A DNA stretch of 52,681 nt, filler included, from Circinaria calcarea (taxonomy: Eukaryota), in the NCBI GenBank assembly GCA_051942165.1. It is 3 parts of 3 records of this genome, joined end to end, with 100 filler letters (N's around TTAATTAATTAA, not from the genome) between each part and the next. Parts side by side here need not be neighbours in the genome. Positions count along the whole stretch, not along the records: positions 1 to 17,544 come from JAVECS010000265.1; positions 17,645 to 35,116 come from JAVECS010000266.1; 1 more part is not named here. One strand, 5' to 3'. The notes beneath the pieces were generated by a model. It saw nothing but the letters and a program-made list of their open reading frames with translations. It made no database searches and was not told the origin of the DNA. The translations under genes were made by a program, and so were the position numbers. Each line of letters opens with the position of its first letter. Position 1 is the first letter of the stretch. Below are positions 12,527-23,800 of this stretch, one piece after another.

Positions 12527-12890
12527 TCAATTTTTCTGCTCCAACCTCGTCTCCTCATATAACGCCCCATTATCAACGGAAGCACCATCCGCTCGAGTCA
12601 GACTATACTTTATCGGCGTCGAGGTGGTATCAACATTGGCTATTGTATACGGTCCTCTACCGGCGCCGCCGGCAGCTTTAATGTAGATGTTTCTATCGTC
12701 AAGATGGAACTTCGGAGGCTGCGGTATTACACAGTCAGCATAGGGCCGAAGTAATGACTGAAACACTCACCGTCGCGCTTGCGGTCACATAGGGACGTTC
12801 TCCGGAGATCTCGAAGTCCTCGTCGAAGCGACGCCTTTGGGCTGTTACGAAGTTTGAAGTGATAGCTTTGAGGACAACGTACTGTGACAT
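12527..12890 (-). CDS. Small (~87 aa) spliced protein, beta-rich SH3/Tudor-like pattern
   Basis: ATG at 12890; two canonical introns (GTACGT...AG, GTGAGT...GCTGAC...CAG). Spliced product MSQRRFDEDFEISGERPYVTASATPPKFHLDDRNIYIKAAGGAGRGPYTIANVDTTSTPIKYSLTRADGASVDNGALYEETRLEQKN. The fold assignment is inference. Confidence 0.65.
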
Positions 12891-13569
12891 GGCGTTTACC
12901 ACTAGAATGAAGGGACCAAGTGGTTCAGGCTTTGGGAGCCTGGGTTTCGATGTAGGCAGTCGTTAATCTAGAGCGGTTAGTATTCATAATTTGTTGAAGA
13001 ATTGGAACCCTGCTAAAGCGTACAGGCGATAGAATTCTGGATATGCGCTGAAGGTAGTTTTTGATACCTTGCCTAGTAAAGTAATTCAGAATCAGTCTGG
13101 CCGAAGAAGCGCGGCAGTTTAATAAACCAGGCATCAAGGAAAGGCAATTCGTAAGGCTTCAACGCTTACGGGGCTCAGTCAACTAGATCACAGTAATCGG
13201 GCACACGACAGCATGCAGAGTTTATGAATCAGGGCGTAAGCTGATGCGGCCTTGCATTATGATTGGGCTTCTTCTACGTGGCTGAGCAATAAGACTATGC
13301 GGAGACAGCCTCAATTGGTCGATTGGCCAACTTGTCGCAACGTTGCCTTTCATCCTCAAGGACAAGATGTTCTATGCCGTTTGCCTAATAAAGCTAACAA
13401 GGGATGTTCAGCGCTTTAAATGGATTGCCGTCCTGACCTTGACAGCGTTGGGAGTTACCTGGCCCACATACGCAGGTTCAGTGCAGCCCCAGCTTAGCCG
13501 CTGTATCTCGAACGCCAAAGATGATAACATAAAAAGATATTAAAATAATTTGCCAGGCAGGTGTATGAG

Positions 13570-14664
13570 ATGATGGACAACGACAAAGCGCAAACAAGTC
13601 AGTCCCTTTTGTTGCACTTTCAGGATGCCGTCACTAAATGGAGTTGCTAGTCGAGCGGTCTCCTCCGGGATATCCACAGTTTTCTGGACTTATCGGCGCG
13701 CATCCAGACTTCAGTGTCTCGAGTCGTTTCTCGGTAGTTCGCGCGAGACTACTGTTGCAGAAGTTGCAGCGCGTGGCGGCGTTAGAGAAAAGGCTTGAGG
13801 AGCTAGATTTCCAGGAGCAATGGCCACTCTATCTGGGCAGTTTCCAGTCCGATGGAAATGAGGCGAGGGGCCAAGTCTTGGAGGAGTTGGATGAAGCTCT
13901 GAGAGATTACGGTGAGTTCCCAGGGCTCTTTATTAGCTACAGGAACACCTTTTGCAGGTGCAGGTTTACAGAAGAAAGATGAGGTGAATATTGCAACCCC
14001 CTTTAATACTAAAGCAGATGATATGGTGAAGAGAAGTGTCGAGATATCGAATCTACCGCAAGCACCACAGAGAAGTATCACTAGTCTTTTGAATTGGGTC
14101 AATGGGACAGGCAACATCTCCCGGAAGGAAACGGCGTTTCTTTATCGCCCTGACCTGTGTGCTGTCGGGGGCTCCAACGGCCATGGCTTGGCCTGGATGG
14201 AATCGGTTGTTGAGCGAGTTTGGATCCGAATACCTCAATATTTAAAAGAAGTATGCCAGTCTTCCCATCTTGTTGCCTATGCCTTCTGAATTGTTGCAGC
14301 CTTGGACTTCAGTTACTTCTTCCAGGTCTCGAATTTTTATCCTCGAGGGACAGAAGCTACACGTAATAGCTCAGTCCTGCAATACAGCCATGCTGACTCT
14401 TCTGCTGCTTATACCAATTGTCATCATGCGTTCAACTGGCAGTGCCGCCATTCAGATAATTTGCATCATGCTAAACTCAATCTTGTTCACCGCTATCTTA
14501 TCCGGGCCCATGAATGCCAGACCCGGAGAAGTCTTTAGTGCTAGTGCAACGTAATGCCCTCCAAATACTAGAAGAAGTTTATTACTAATTTCGAGGCCAG
14601 GTATACAGCATTATTAATAGTATTTTTAAGCTCAACGGGTACAGCAGATGGACAGAAGCAGTAA
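13570..14664 (+). CDS. DUF6594 family protein (N-terminal helical region + ~3 C-terminal TM helices), 5 exons
   Basis: PPGYPQFSGLI...SRFSVVRARLLLQKLQRVAALEKRLEELD...LEELDEALRDYD; C-terminal hydrophobic helices ending EVFSASATYTALLIVFLS; four canonical introns give an open frame. Confidence 0.8.
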
Positions 14665-14830
14665 CGGTCCTGTGGGGATGGAGGTGGTATTTCTTACCTC
14701 GAAAAGGGCGTCGAGATTCGCCTAAGAGATAATGTAAAGCCAGCCCAATCGAGAACATGGTGGCGTGGTTCAGTACGCCAAAGAAATACGCAGAAGAACA
14801 ACAGTTATCGGGGCAGTCGCTGCGGGCAGT

Positions 14831-15125
14831 CGGACCGGGGGAATATAACACCTATACGTATTCCCCGGTCCGTGCACGGCCCCACTTCATGCAACCCCCC
14901 CCCCCCTTACACCCACCTACTTCCGATCGCAATTACTCAACCACCACTTATTCAAATGAATTCATATTTAAATAGGAGCTTAAATAGATTAATTAGAAAC
15001 TTTTGGTCTATTCATTTTTTATATTTAATCACTCTCGCATTTGGGTGGAACATAGTCCGTTGGGATAACTTAACTGTATAATTTAATTGGAGTGGCGTGG
15101 CATAAGTGTAAATTAGCTGTTATAT
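14831..15125. mobile_element. pogo/Fot1-like DNA transposon terminus, RIP-decayed
   Basis: TA-CGTATTCCCCGGTCCG... followed by a C-run and CAACCACCACTTATTCAAATG, then an AT-rich stretch. An inverted copy of the terminal 14-15 bp lies immediately upstream (14831-14845). Confidence 0.5.
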
Positions 15126-16440
15126 ACCAATAGATGACCAGCTGTTTTTGATAATCCGTTTTGCTGTCCCTGAAATGACAAGTATCGCCTCTGTAACCGT
15201 TATGTACCCATGCAGTGGCGTCGACAGCATTCAATTTTCTTTCCCGAGTCCTTAGCCTGGGCTGTTAAAACCCAATCCCTCGCATAGTCGAAATAGCCCC
15301 GAAGCGGATACGGTTAAAACTCCTTAAGCCGTAAGCTAGCGGATTCTTTTATTAAAATTAATCGCTTCCGGGCTGTTGTGGACGTATGTACTAATGTTAG
15401 CCAGTATTCAAACCTTATTTTTAAATTTTCAGCCTGTGCGTCAAGACTCAGTTCTTCGCATAGTAAAGACAGCTCCCGAGATCAATATAGCCGTATACAG
15501 TGGTGCTAGGTCTGTACAAACCTCATGTCGAAGCTCTGACCTAGCTGTCTATATCCAGTCCTTCTCCGTGATCTCTGTAGGGCCATGTTCTCGGCTTTCG
15601 TTCCAGCCTTCGTCTTTGCTGCTTGACTGGGCGGATCTCTGTACTGGTATACGAGTATCGCGAGTGCCCGTATTTTTGAACGATGAAGCTTGATTTCTTC
15701 TGCATTGAGTACTTTCGATCGGTTACTGTAACTGGCACTGGAGTACCACCGAGGCACGCAACCCTATGCCCGTGCCCTCTGGGATTGGAATGATTCTTCC
15801 TGGCGTGGCCAATATTGGCCGTGTAATAGATTTATCCATACAAATTTGGCCCTGTGTGCAATAAACAATGAGAAAGGGAACAGAATGTCTTTATCGTGAA
15901 ATCCAACGAAAGAAGCAGGAGAATGAAATCGCAGTACAAGCTCAAAATAGCTATTCCACCCAGGCTTCCAACTCGGCACGGCGCTTCAAGTTCATCTATT
16001 CCACCGTTCGCGTTGTCCATTCGATTTTAGGCTGGCGAGCGCCGCAGCAATGTTCCATGTCGTCCCGGTGCGCAGTACTCACTCTACGCGAGCATTTCGA
16101 CCAGATTCTTATACTCAAGGGAACGGCCCGGAGGGACACCCAGATTGGCCCGTTCTGTCCCCCCGGCACCATACTTCTTTGGCTCCAGGTAACCGACGCG
16201 CCAGCGTCCAAGAGCATATGTCGGGATACGCGGCTCCGCACATATATGTGCTATATATAAATACAAAGGCAATGGAAAATGGAGATACCATTCCAAAACA
16301 GTGCTCGCCAGCGGTAATCAACGACGAGGATTGCCTTCTGTGCGTGTATATATACACAAGAAGATGAATCAGGATCGTGGTCAGAACGGAGAACGGAGCG
16401 TCCCTTATGCGATATAACCTGACGCATAGAGAGTGATAAG

Positions 16441-17405
16441 CTATTTACAGACACGCAAAAGAACCTTATGCACCGATGCAGTGTGGTTTTTGAACGCCAT
16501 CACGCCCGGCAAAATCACTTTGCTTAGTGCACACTGCGGATGTTTACAAGGGACCTCGTCGCGTGGTGCGTAACTTGATAGATGCGCGTCCTCAACGTGA
16601 TCCATCATCTTGCTAGGTCTGCAGTACTCGAACATTCGTTCTCCATAGGATTTGGCCTCGTTGCCCAGGCAAAAGGTGCATTGAGTGGGCTTGCATATTA
16701 TTGGAAACAAATCCTCCCGGTCCTCGTCACACATGTCCGATACTACTTCTAGATCGTCTGCTTCTTTTGGGAAAACATGTTTCGGTCTACCGCGACGCCG
16801 GCTCTCCTGTCGGCCACATAACATTGCCCTGGCTTTGATGGCCTCGAGTCTGCGAACATGCTTCTCATGATTCGTCATGGCGGCCGGGGACTCGCAGGTC
16901 ATTTGGACAACGAAACCCCGCTCAGGGATATTGTATTGAAGAGGCTCCGCGGGCGCGATATCTTCTTCGGGCGCTGTGATTGAGTCGTCGGCAAACTGGG
17001 CTTCGAGTATAGCGGTGTCGGCATTCCTGAAATACCGCTTCCGGGCCTTATCGAGCATTCTGTTTCGACGATTCGTTTTTGCACGGTGCAACATGGCGTC
17101 AACCTTCTTTTTTTCTTTCAGCCAAGGTTCATTCCGTGGAGCCTTTCGAACGAATCTATACTTCTCACGAAGCTTCAGAGTAAGAGTCCTGCTCTCGTGG
17201 CTGAGCTGCATTACACGCTTGCTCTTGGCAAGCTTTCTCGAATCCTCCTCGGATAATTTGGTCGGCGCGTTAGGATCCACGGTAAGGGTCATTTGTCTGG
17301 CTAGTTTTTGCACGACTTCGTCGGAAGGGCGGCCCAGAAAGGCAGCTTGTGTGTTAAATCGGACCTCCCGATCGAGGTAGTACCCGACCGCCCCTTGCTT
17401 AGAGT
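16441..17405 (-). pseudogene. DUF3435 tyrosine recombinase (Starship 'captain'), C-terminal half only
   Basis: YYLDREVRFNTQAAFLG, MTLTVDPNAP, ARKRYFRNADT, YNIPERG, LCGRQESRR, FPIICKPTQCTFCLGN, MMDHVEDAH, CKHPQC, FKNHTASVH. Similarity appears to stop near 17405, upstream of which is unrelated TE-like sequence and the gap. Confidence 0.88.
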
Positions 17406-17544
17406 CCCTAGCTATATCTCCTCTATAGCTCGGCATTTCCGAAGAGACTTTTTTGAGCATGAGGCGGCAGGGAGTGGCCCCAGTGTGGAAGCTAACACTC
17501 CTACCCCAAAAACAAGGTACCTATCCACCCCCCCCCCTCATACC

Positions 17545-17644
17545 NNNNNNNNNNNNNNNNNNNNNNNNNNNNNNNNNNNNNNNNNNNNTTAATTAATTAA
17601 NNNNNNNNNNNNNNNNNNNNNNNNNNNNNNNNNNNNNNNNNNNN
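17545..17644. other. Artificial contig linker (44 N + TTAATTAATTAA + 44 N)
   Basis: Six-frame stop linker embedded in Ns, total 100 nt. Confidence 0.97.
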
Positions 17645-18180
17645 AAAAAGGTTATTCCGATCCGATATTACATAATCCTTTTTTGAAAGAAGTCTGAGAG
17701 TTTTATCCAAAAAATATATAGGGTGTCGCGAACTTTATTAAGGATTTATATACAACGTATCGCGAACTTCCCGAGCCGCCAAAACATGATTTTTATTAAT
17801 ATTTTAATTATTATATATAATTAATTAAATTCGCTCCGACAGAAGTTTTTAAATAATTATAGCTGTATACTAATCAACTTTTTATTAAATTTAATCTGGT
17901 CGTTATTGAATAAAGCGAGATAAATATACACGAAAAAAAATAATTTTAATACGCTAATATTTTTAAAGCCTCAACGCGAAATATTAATAAAAATTAGCTT
18001 TGAGAGATCATAGCTTTTAATAAGCTCTTGAATATAGCCTTTTCAGAATTTCAATACAGCGTGTTGTTGTTGATTAATATTGAATATAGTAAATCGACTT
18101 TTTATTAAAAATTTTCGTTCTCGTCACCAAAAAGGCTAGATGAAACCCTCAGACTGCGCTTTCGCGCGCACGCTATTTCT
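17645..18180. mobile_element. AT-rich RIP-decayed repeat remnant
   Basis: Very AT-rich, TpA-rich, no ORF; repeated TCGCGAACTT motif (17726, 17760). Family not identifiable. Confidence 0.45.
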
Positions 18181-18544
18181 AGCATCTACTAACTACATAC
18201 AGCCATTCCGAAAAATACGCGGCAGCGAAGCAAAAGCAGTCTGAGTTTCTGAGACAATCCAATTGCTTTTCCTATTTTAATTAGTGCAAAAGGCATTTTC
18301 TTCCCATCAACAAAGCTTTATCACACAGATGGACTTCCTTTCTGAAACTGCTTTCGGATCCTTTCTTGAATATAGAAAAATTCCATACCACTGAGCTTTA
18401 CAAGTGCCCGTGGCTTTCGCCGTTTTTATTTCTCTTTCTTTTTCTTTTTGATTTTCGTCTTTCCGCTACCATCCTACTGCTTGCCGATATCTTTTTTTCT
18501 GCTTCAGCTCTTTTATTGGGTTCCGGTATCACAGTTGCCATACT

Positions 18545-20068
18545 TTAATCGGTTGTTATAGTATACACCTGACGCGCAGCTTTAGGAATTTTATTCCCAC
18601 CCCCGCCGCCTTGCTCAATCTCCATCATTTCTTGGGCCCATTCGCAAATTGCAATGACCAACCCCTCTACCTGAATTTCGGTGTTGTTAGCATGAAATGC
18701 CACTCTGACTCTACTCTGGCCTTTTGGAACTGTCGGGTAGTCTACAGGGAAGGCACAAAACCCAGAGAATTGCAGGTGAAAGACAAGCCAATAGCTTTGT
18801 CGTTGGCGGGTCCAAATAGGGACAATATGGGTTAGGGAAGGCTGTTCTTCCCAGTCTTCGCTGAGAGGAACAGAGAGAATCCCGCGCTCTGTGGCTTCCT
18901 TCCAGATTGCATTCGAACTTATCGTCTTGAAGAAGTGTTTGACAAGAAATTGGACTTTGTCCTGAGCCTAGAAGGAAGTCAGCTAGCTACCGAGGAGTCA
19001 AGACCAAAAGAGAATGGTCGAGATCGATTGCTTCCAACTACTCACAGTTTTTGTTTGACCCGCCTTCATAAGATTATATCCCGCTCGAGCTGCAGCGACG
19101 ACCGAAAAAGCCGGTGCGGTGGTGTAAATAACAGGACGCGCAAGGTTGATCAATGCGCTCTTGAGGGTCTTGTTCCCCAAAATAATGGCTATGGCAGAGT
19201 TAACATCAATGCTGATGATGATTTTGGTGGTATTACCTCCAGATGCAGACAAGGCTTTGCCGAACGTATGCAATCGAATCGCCACCTCTTTCTCAAGACC
19301 AAGCTCGCAGACTAGCCCTGCGCCCTTCAGACCAATGACGCCTGTGCTGTGCGCTTCGTCCACAAGGAACTGCGCATTTCCGCCCGGGAAGATTTCCTTG
19401 GCGGCTTGGATGAGCTCCGTCAGCGGACAGATATCGCCATCCATACTATAAAATGACTCGACGGCTACTATGACACACCGTTTCCCTTGCCTAATCAAAG
19501 GCTGAGAGTCGTATACAGATATCATCGCGTCTCGGAAAGATTCAACATCATTATGGCGGAACGAGAATCTAGTAATAGCCTGGGTTTGCTGCATCCCGTC
19601 ATGGGTACTTGCGTGGATCAATTCATCATACACGATCGCATCGCCCGGACGCGGTATCGCTGCAAAAATGGCTAGGTTGGCCTCGAAGCCTGATCCAGTG
19701 ATGAGACCTGCTTCTGCTCCATGGAACTGCGCAATCTCATCCTCAACAGTCTCCAGGTACTTGTAATTTCCATCCATCACTCGAGAACTTCCGGCGCCGG
19801 GTGGAATGTCGGGATGGCGTTCTAACTCCCGCATAAATTCCGCGCGCAGGGCCCCGCTGGCTCCTAGAGAAAGAGTATCGTTCGAGCTGAAGTCGACGGC
19901 GTCGCCATCTCTCCAGATGTTGGTTTTGATCGTGTACAATCTATGATCTCGTCTTCGGACATCAAGGGCTTCTTCAAGATTACGATAAAAGGCCGGAGCA
20001 CCCTTCATTGCCGGCGCCTTCAACTTCTGGGCCTTCATCCATTCCGCCAACATCATGGAGGCCGACAT
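18545..20068 (-). CDS. PLP-dependent alpha-oxoamine synthase (AONS/BioF-like, class II aminotransferase), 3 exons
   Basis: VDFSSNDTLSL, GAGSSRVMDG, SGFEAN, YDELIHAS, FRHND, ESFYSMDGD, VDEAHSTG, PLP-lysine motif HTFGKALSASGA (48-nt intron 19189-19236). A second intron at ~18968-19045 leads to a last exon with YPTVPKGQSRVRVAFHA; stop at 18545. Confidence 0.92.
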
Positions 20069-20278
20069 GGCAACGGGCCGATGTTGTTGAAAGTTCGAAG
20101 CCTAGGATGGGAATTTGGCGTGTCCGGTACACAGCCTACAATCTCCTTCCCGAGAGCCCATCCCAGGTTAAGTTAAATGGTTCCTGCGGGTAGCAATGAT
20201 TCCGAATTCCATCCGACGACGTTGAGAATGAGCACGAGCACACACTGGCTTATGCTCGGGTACTTATATCATACCGAC

Positions 20279-20353
20279 TCGGATCCCGAACCAATTGCGG
20301 GATGATGCTTGTTTCATCCGCTCCAGCCCTCCAAAGGTGGTCTCGGATTCCGA
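20279..20353. promoter_or_regulatory. Two TCGG-N3-CCGA sites (Zn2Cys6-type) upstream of the oxoamine synthase
   Basis: TCGGATCCCGA (20279-20289) and TCGGATTCCGA (20343-20353), both followed by ACCA. Confidence 0.6.
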
Positions 20354-20891
20354 ACCAGTGCGAGGCCCTTGTTGGTGCGCTACCGTTCTTGTTATTGATT
20401 GGACCGAAGGCTTTCAAGCGACGCCGAAAAGTGGCTTTGTTAAGCCGCGCTCCAACCATGGCATTGGCCACAGATGCAACGTAGGCATGTTACAACCTGG
20501 ACCCAACCATGGATGATCATCTCTACCGGTACACAAACTTTGCTACGTTTCTTCAATTGGGGCATTTCGCAAACTTTGTCATGTCAATGTAATGTAAATC
20601 TAGGGTCGGAATAATTATGACCCCAGCCAAGGAGCCCCCGTCTAGATCTATATAGTATTAGTGTATATGTACATCGGAGCTCTATTATATTCGTGGACCT
20701 TTTCTGACCAATACCAGGGCACAGATTTGTGTCAGCATGGTAGGCCTGCCACCTGGGCCTTACTATATCAGGCTTAAGGTATCAGCGCCGGGCTCCCGCA
20801 CATAATAAAACTCTTACCAAATTTAGCGAAATGCCCCAAATTTAACTTGCGGGAACCATCATCTCCGGCGGAGGTCTTATGTACGCATCCA

Positions 20892-23800
20892 CTAAGCACC
20901 GTTGTTGCCTGGGCCATCCGCTAGGGCAGCTTGCATCAGCCCTTGCGCGGCATGTTGGCCAAGTGCTTTTAAAGTCCCCATTCCGAGCATCTCAAGCACG
21001 CTTATATCAAAACCAAAAACTTGCTTCCACCAAGCACGAAGCTCGATTCCCACCAGGGAGTCCATACCCAGGTCCACCAGTGATAAGGAGGCATTCAAGT
21101 CCTCTTCCGGTTTTAAAAGAAGAGCAAACAACCTCTTGCCTATCTCGTTTGCAAAGAAAGCCGCAGCGTCCGCCGTTTTTAAAATGGAGATGTCGGCCTT
21201 CACGCTGGCTATGTGTGCTTTGAGGCTCGCGCTGGACGCCGCAGTGTCGACATGGCCGCCAGCTGTGTTATGATATATGCCCATGCGGCGGTCCTTCCTC
21301 CATATGGCTCGATTGACTGGGCTATCAAGCGGGACGGTTGAGCCAAGTCCGAGAGCGAAGCTGTTGCTGTCGACAAAGCGTGGCCCATGGTTCCTGCGTT
21401 TATTCTCCCCAATGTTCTTTCGTGTCATTGCCACTACTAACGCGTCAAGCACTTCCTGCTCTTTCAGCGCCTTAAATCCCGTTGCGGCCATCTTCTGCAT
21501 CAATTCCGGATTTTGGGATATGTAGCCTACTTCCGCAACTGCACCAATATCAATCGCGGAGGCAGGCAGGCCGAGATTTGTTCGGTATTGGACGAAGGCA
21601 TCCAAGAAGGTATTTCCGCTCGCATAGTTGGCTTGACCTGGCTGTCCAATTATGCCGGACAGAGAACTGAACAGCACGAAGAAGTCGAGATCCAGGCCTG
21701 CAGATACTGTGGCATTGTGAAGGTTCCAGGTCCCGCCAACTTTTGGTACACTGGCAGCATTCCATTGTTCCAGCGTCATTTTGGAGAAAGCTTCATCTCG
21801 GAGCACCATTGACATCTGTAATATTCCTCTGAGAGGGCGCGTTGCTCCTTCAATAGCTCTGGTTACATCCGCGGCATTTGTGACACTTCCCTGGATAAGC
21901 TGAACCTGGCAACCCATGCTATTGAGTTCATGAACGAATAGCTCATCACCAGGACCCAAGCCAGCATTTCGAGATAGGTATACCAAATGGCGGGCTCCGT
22001 GCTCGACCATCCATGTAGAGATTGCGCGACCCAACCCTCCAAGGCCACCGACAAGTAGGTATGAAGCAGAATCAGACAGTTTTAGGGTCTTTGGTGGATC
22101 CAAGATTGTTGCGTTGAAGTCTGCGCTTTCTGGAGACTTCCGTATAGGTATGCAAATTCTGCCTATGTGTTGACCCGGCTGCATATACCTGAAAGCGTCA
22201 TATGGTGATGCCACATCGAAAATTTCCACTGGGTGAATAGGTGAAATACGTCCCTTCTCCAAGTGTTCCAAGATCAAGTTGAACAGTCTATCGCGGTGTC
22301 AATTAATTGGGCCCTTTATAACCCAAGTGAAGGATCTGAAGAACTTACCGCTTCATCATGAAAGGCTTTTGGCGGAGGGCATCTGCATCAACGCAGCAGT
22401 AGCTGCGATTGGCGAGGAAGGCGTTCATATTGAGTTTGCCAAAGCCTAATAGATCTCTCTTTCCAATCTCAACCATCTTGCCGAAAGGGGCGACACATTC
22501 CCAGCTTGCGTGCAAAAGCTCGCCAGAGAGTGAGTTTAGCACTATGTCGACGCCGTTACGCTCCGTTTCGCGCATGACGCCTTCCATGAAAGAGTCATCT
22601 CTAGAATTGAAAATTCTGTTCCTTGGAATGTTGAAGATCTTCATCAGGTGCTCCACTTTCTCTTGGCTACCAACGGTCACGTATATCTCCGCCTCTATCA
22701 TTTGTGCGAGTTGAATTGCTGCAAGACCTACTCCGCCACATGCGCTGTGGATGAGTACAGACTACACTGCGTTAGAATAGAACTTGCTAGAGCGGCGAGT
22801 GCCTGAGGAGAGTTACAGACCTGTCCTTTCTCAAGGCCACCGACATCCATTAAGGAGTGCATCGCAGTCATGTATGGGAAAAACATGGTTGAGGCCTCGA
22901 TGAAACTCAAATCGTCTGGTATCTTCGCACATAGTAGCTCCGAGGTAGTAATGGTAGTTGAGAACATATGGTTATCGACGATAGCTACGCGATCGCCGAC
23001 CCGGACAGTCTTCACTTGCGATCCAATTTGGCGAACGATGCCCGCTCCTTCGAGACCAAGGACGATCCCCTGAGGTAAATGAACAATGTTCATTGCAACA
23101 AGAACATCCTGATAATCTCGTCAGTCTTCGTCATTCTCTGGTAAATAAGGGAAAGCAGCAATTTACCCTGAAGTTTAGACCAGCTGCATACACCTCAACC
23201 TCCAATCCATCCGGCTGCAATTGCGGCAGGGCCGGTTTTCCAGCCCAGTACAAAGTGCTCAGACGCCCTGGAACACTTATCTCCAGCATTGCCCTGTCGC
23301 TAGGTTCTGATGTCAAGAGATCGTCGGACAGTGCGAAAGGGTAAAACCTCCCGACGTTGACAACGCCGTCATAGATAGAATATTCGAAGTCAGGCTCAAG
23401 TAAATCGGTTATATCCCGCTTTTCGAATTTTGCGAAAAGCCGAACTACTTGAGCAGCCGATGAGTCAATATTGTCCACCTCGCAGGTGGCGAAGTCGATC
23501 AACAACTCGGAGCGCACAGTTCGAGCGGTTCCAATGACTTGCGCAAACCGAGGATCTTGGCAATGCATTTGAGAAAGTCGTGTGACCCAAAACACGCCTG
23601 AGTTATCTAGGTTATGGAGAAAGGTTTTAAACGAGTCGAAGATGGTGGATTCAATGTTCTCGAAGAATGGTTCATCCCTGTCTAAAAGAGCAATAACATC
23701 CTGATTAGGCGGGGGAGGGTCGTGGATTGAACATCTGATGATTTCATAGCCTTGCATTTCCAGCTCCTGCAAAATAGGACCTGGGTCCATGGTTGTGTCG

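Noticed and set aside
15125..16400. Decayed coding sequence downstream of the captain
   Set aside because: Coding-like fragments in several frames but no family assignable by eye.
17589..17600. TTAATTAATTAA as a biological motif (also 35161-35172)
   Set aside because: Six-frame stop linker embedded in Ns.
18545..20068. Housekeeping biotin gene bioF
   Set aside because: Adjacent to an HR-PKS lacking a release domain, shares promoter motifs with it, and no other biotin gene is nearby; symbol withheld.
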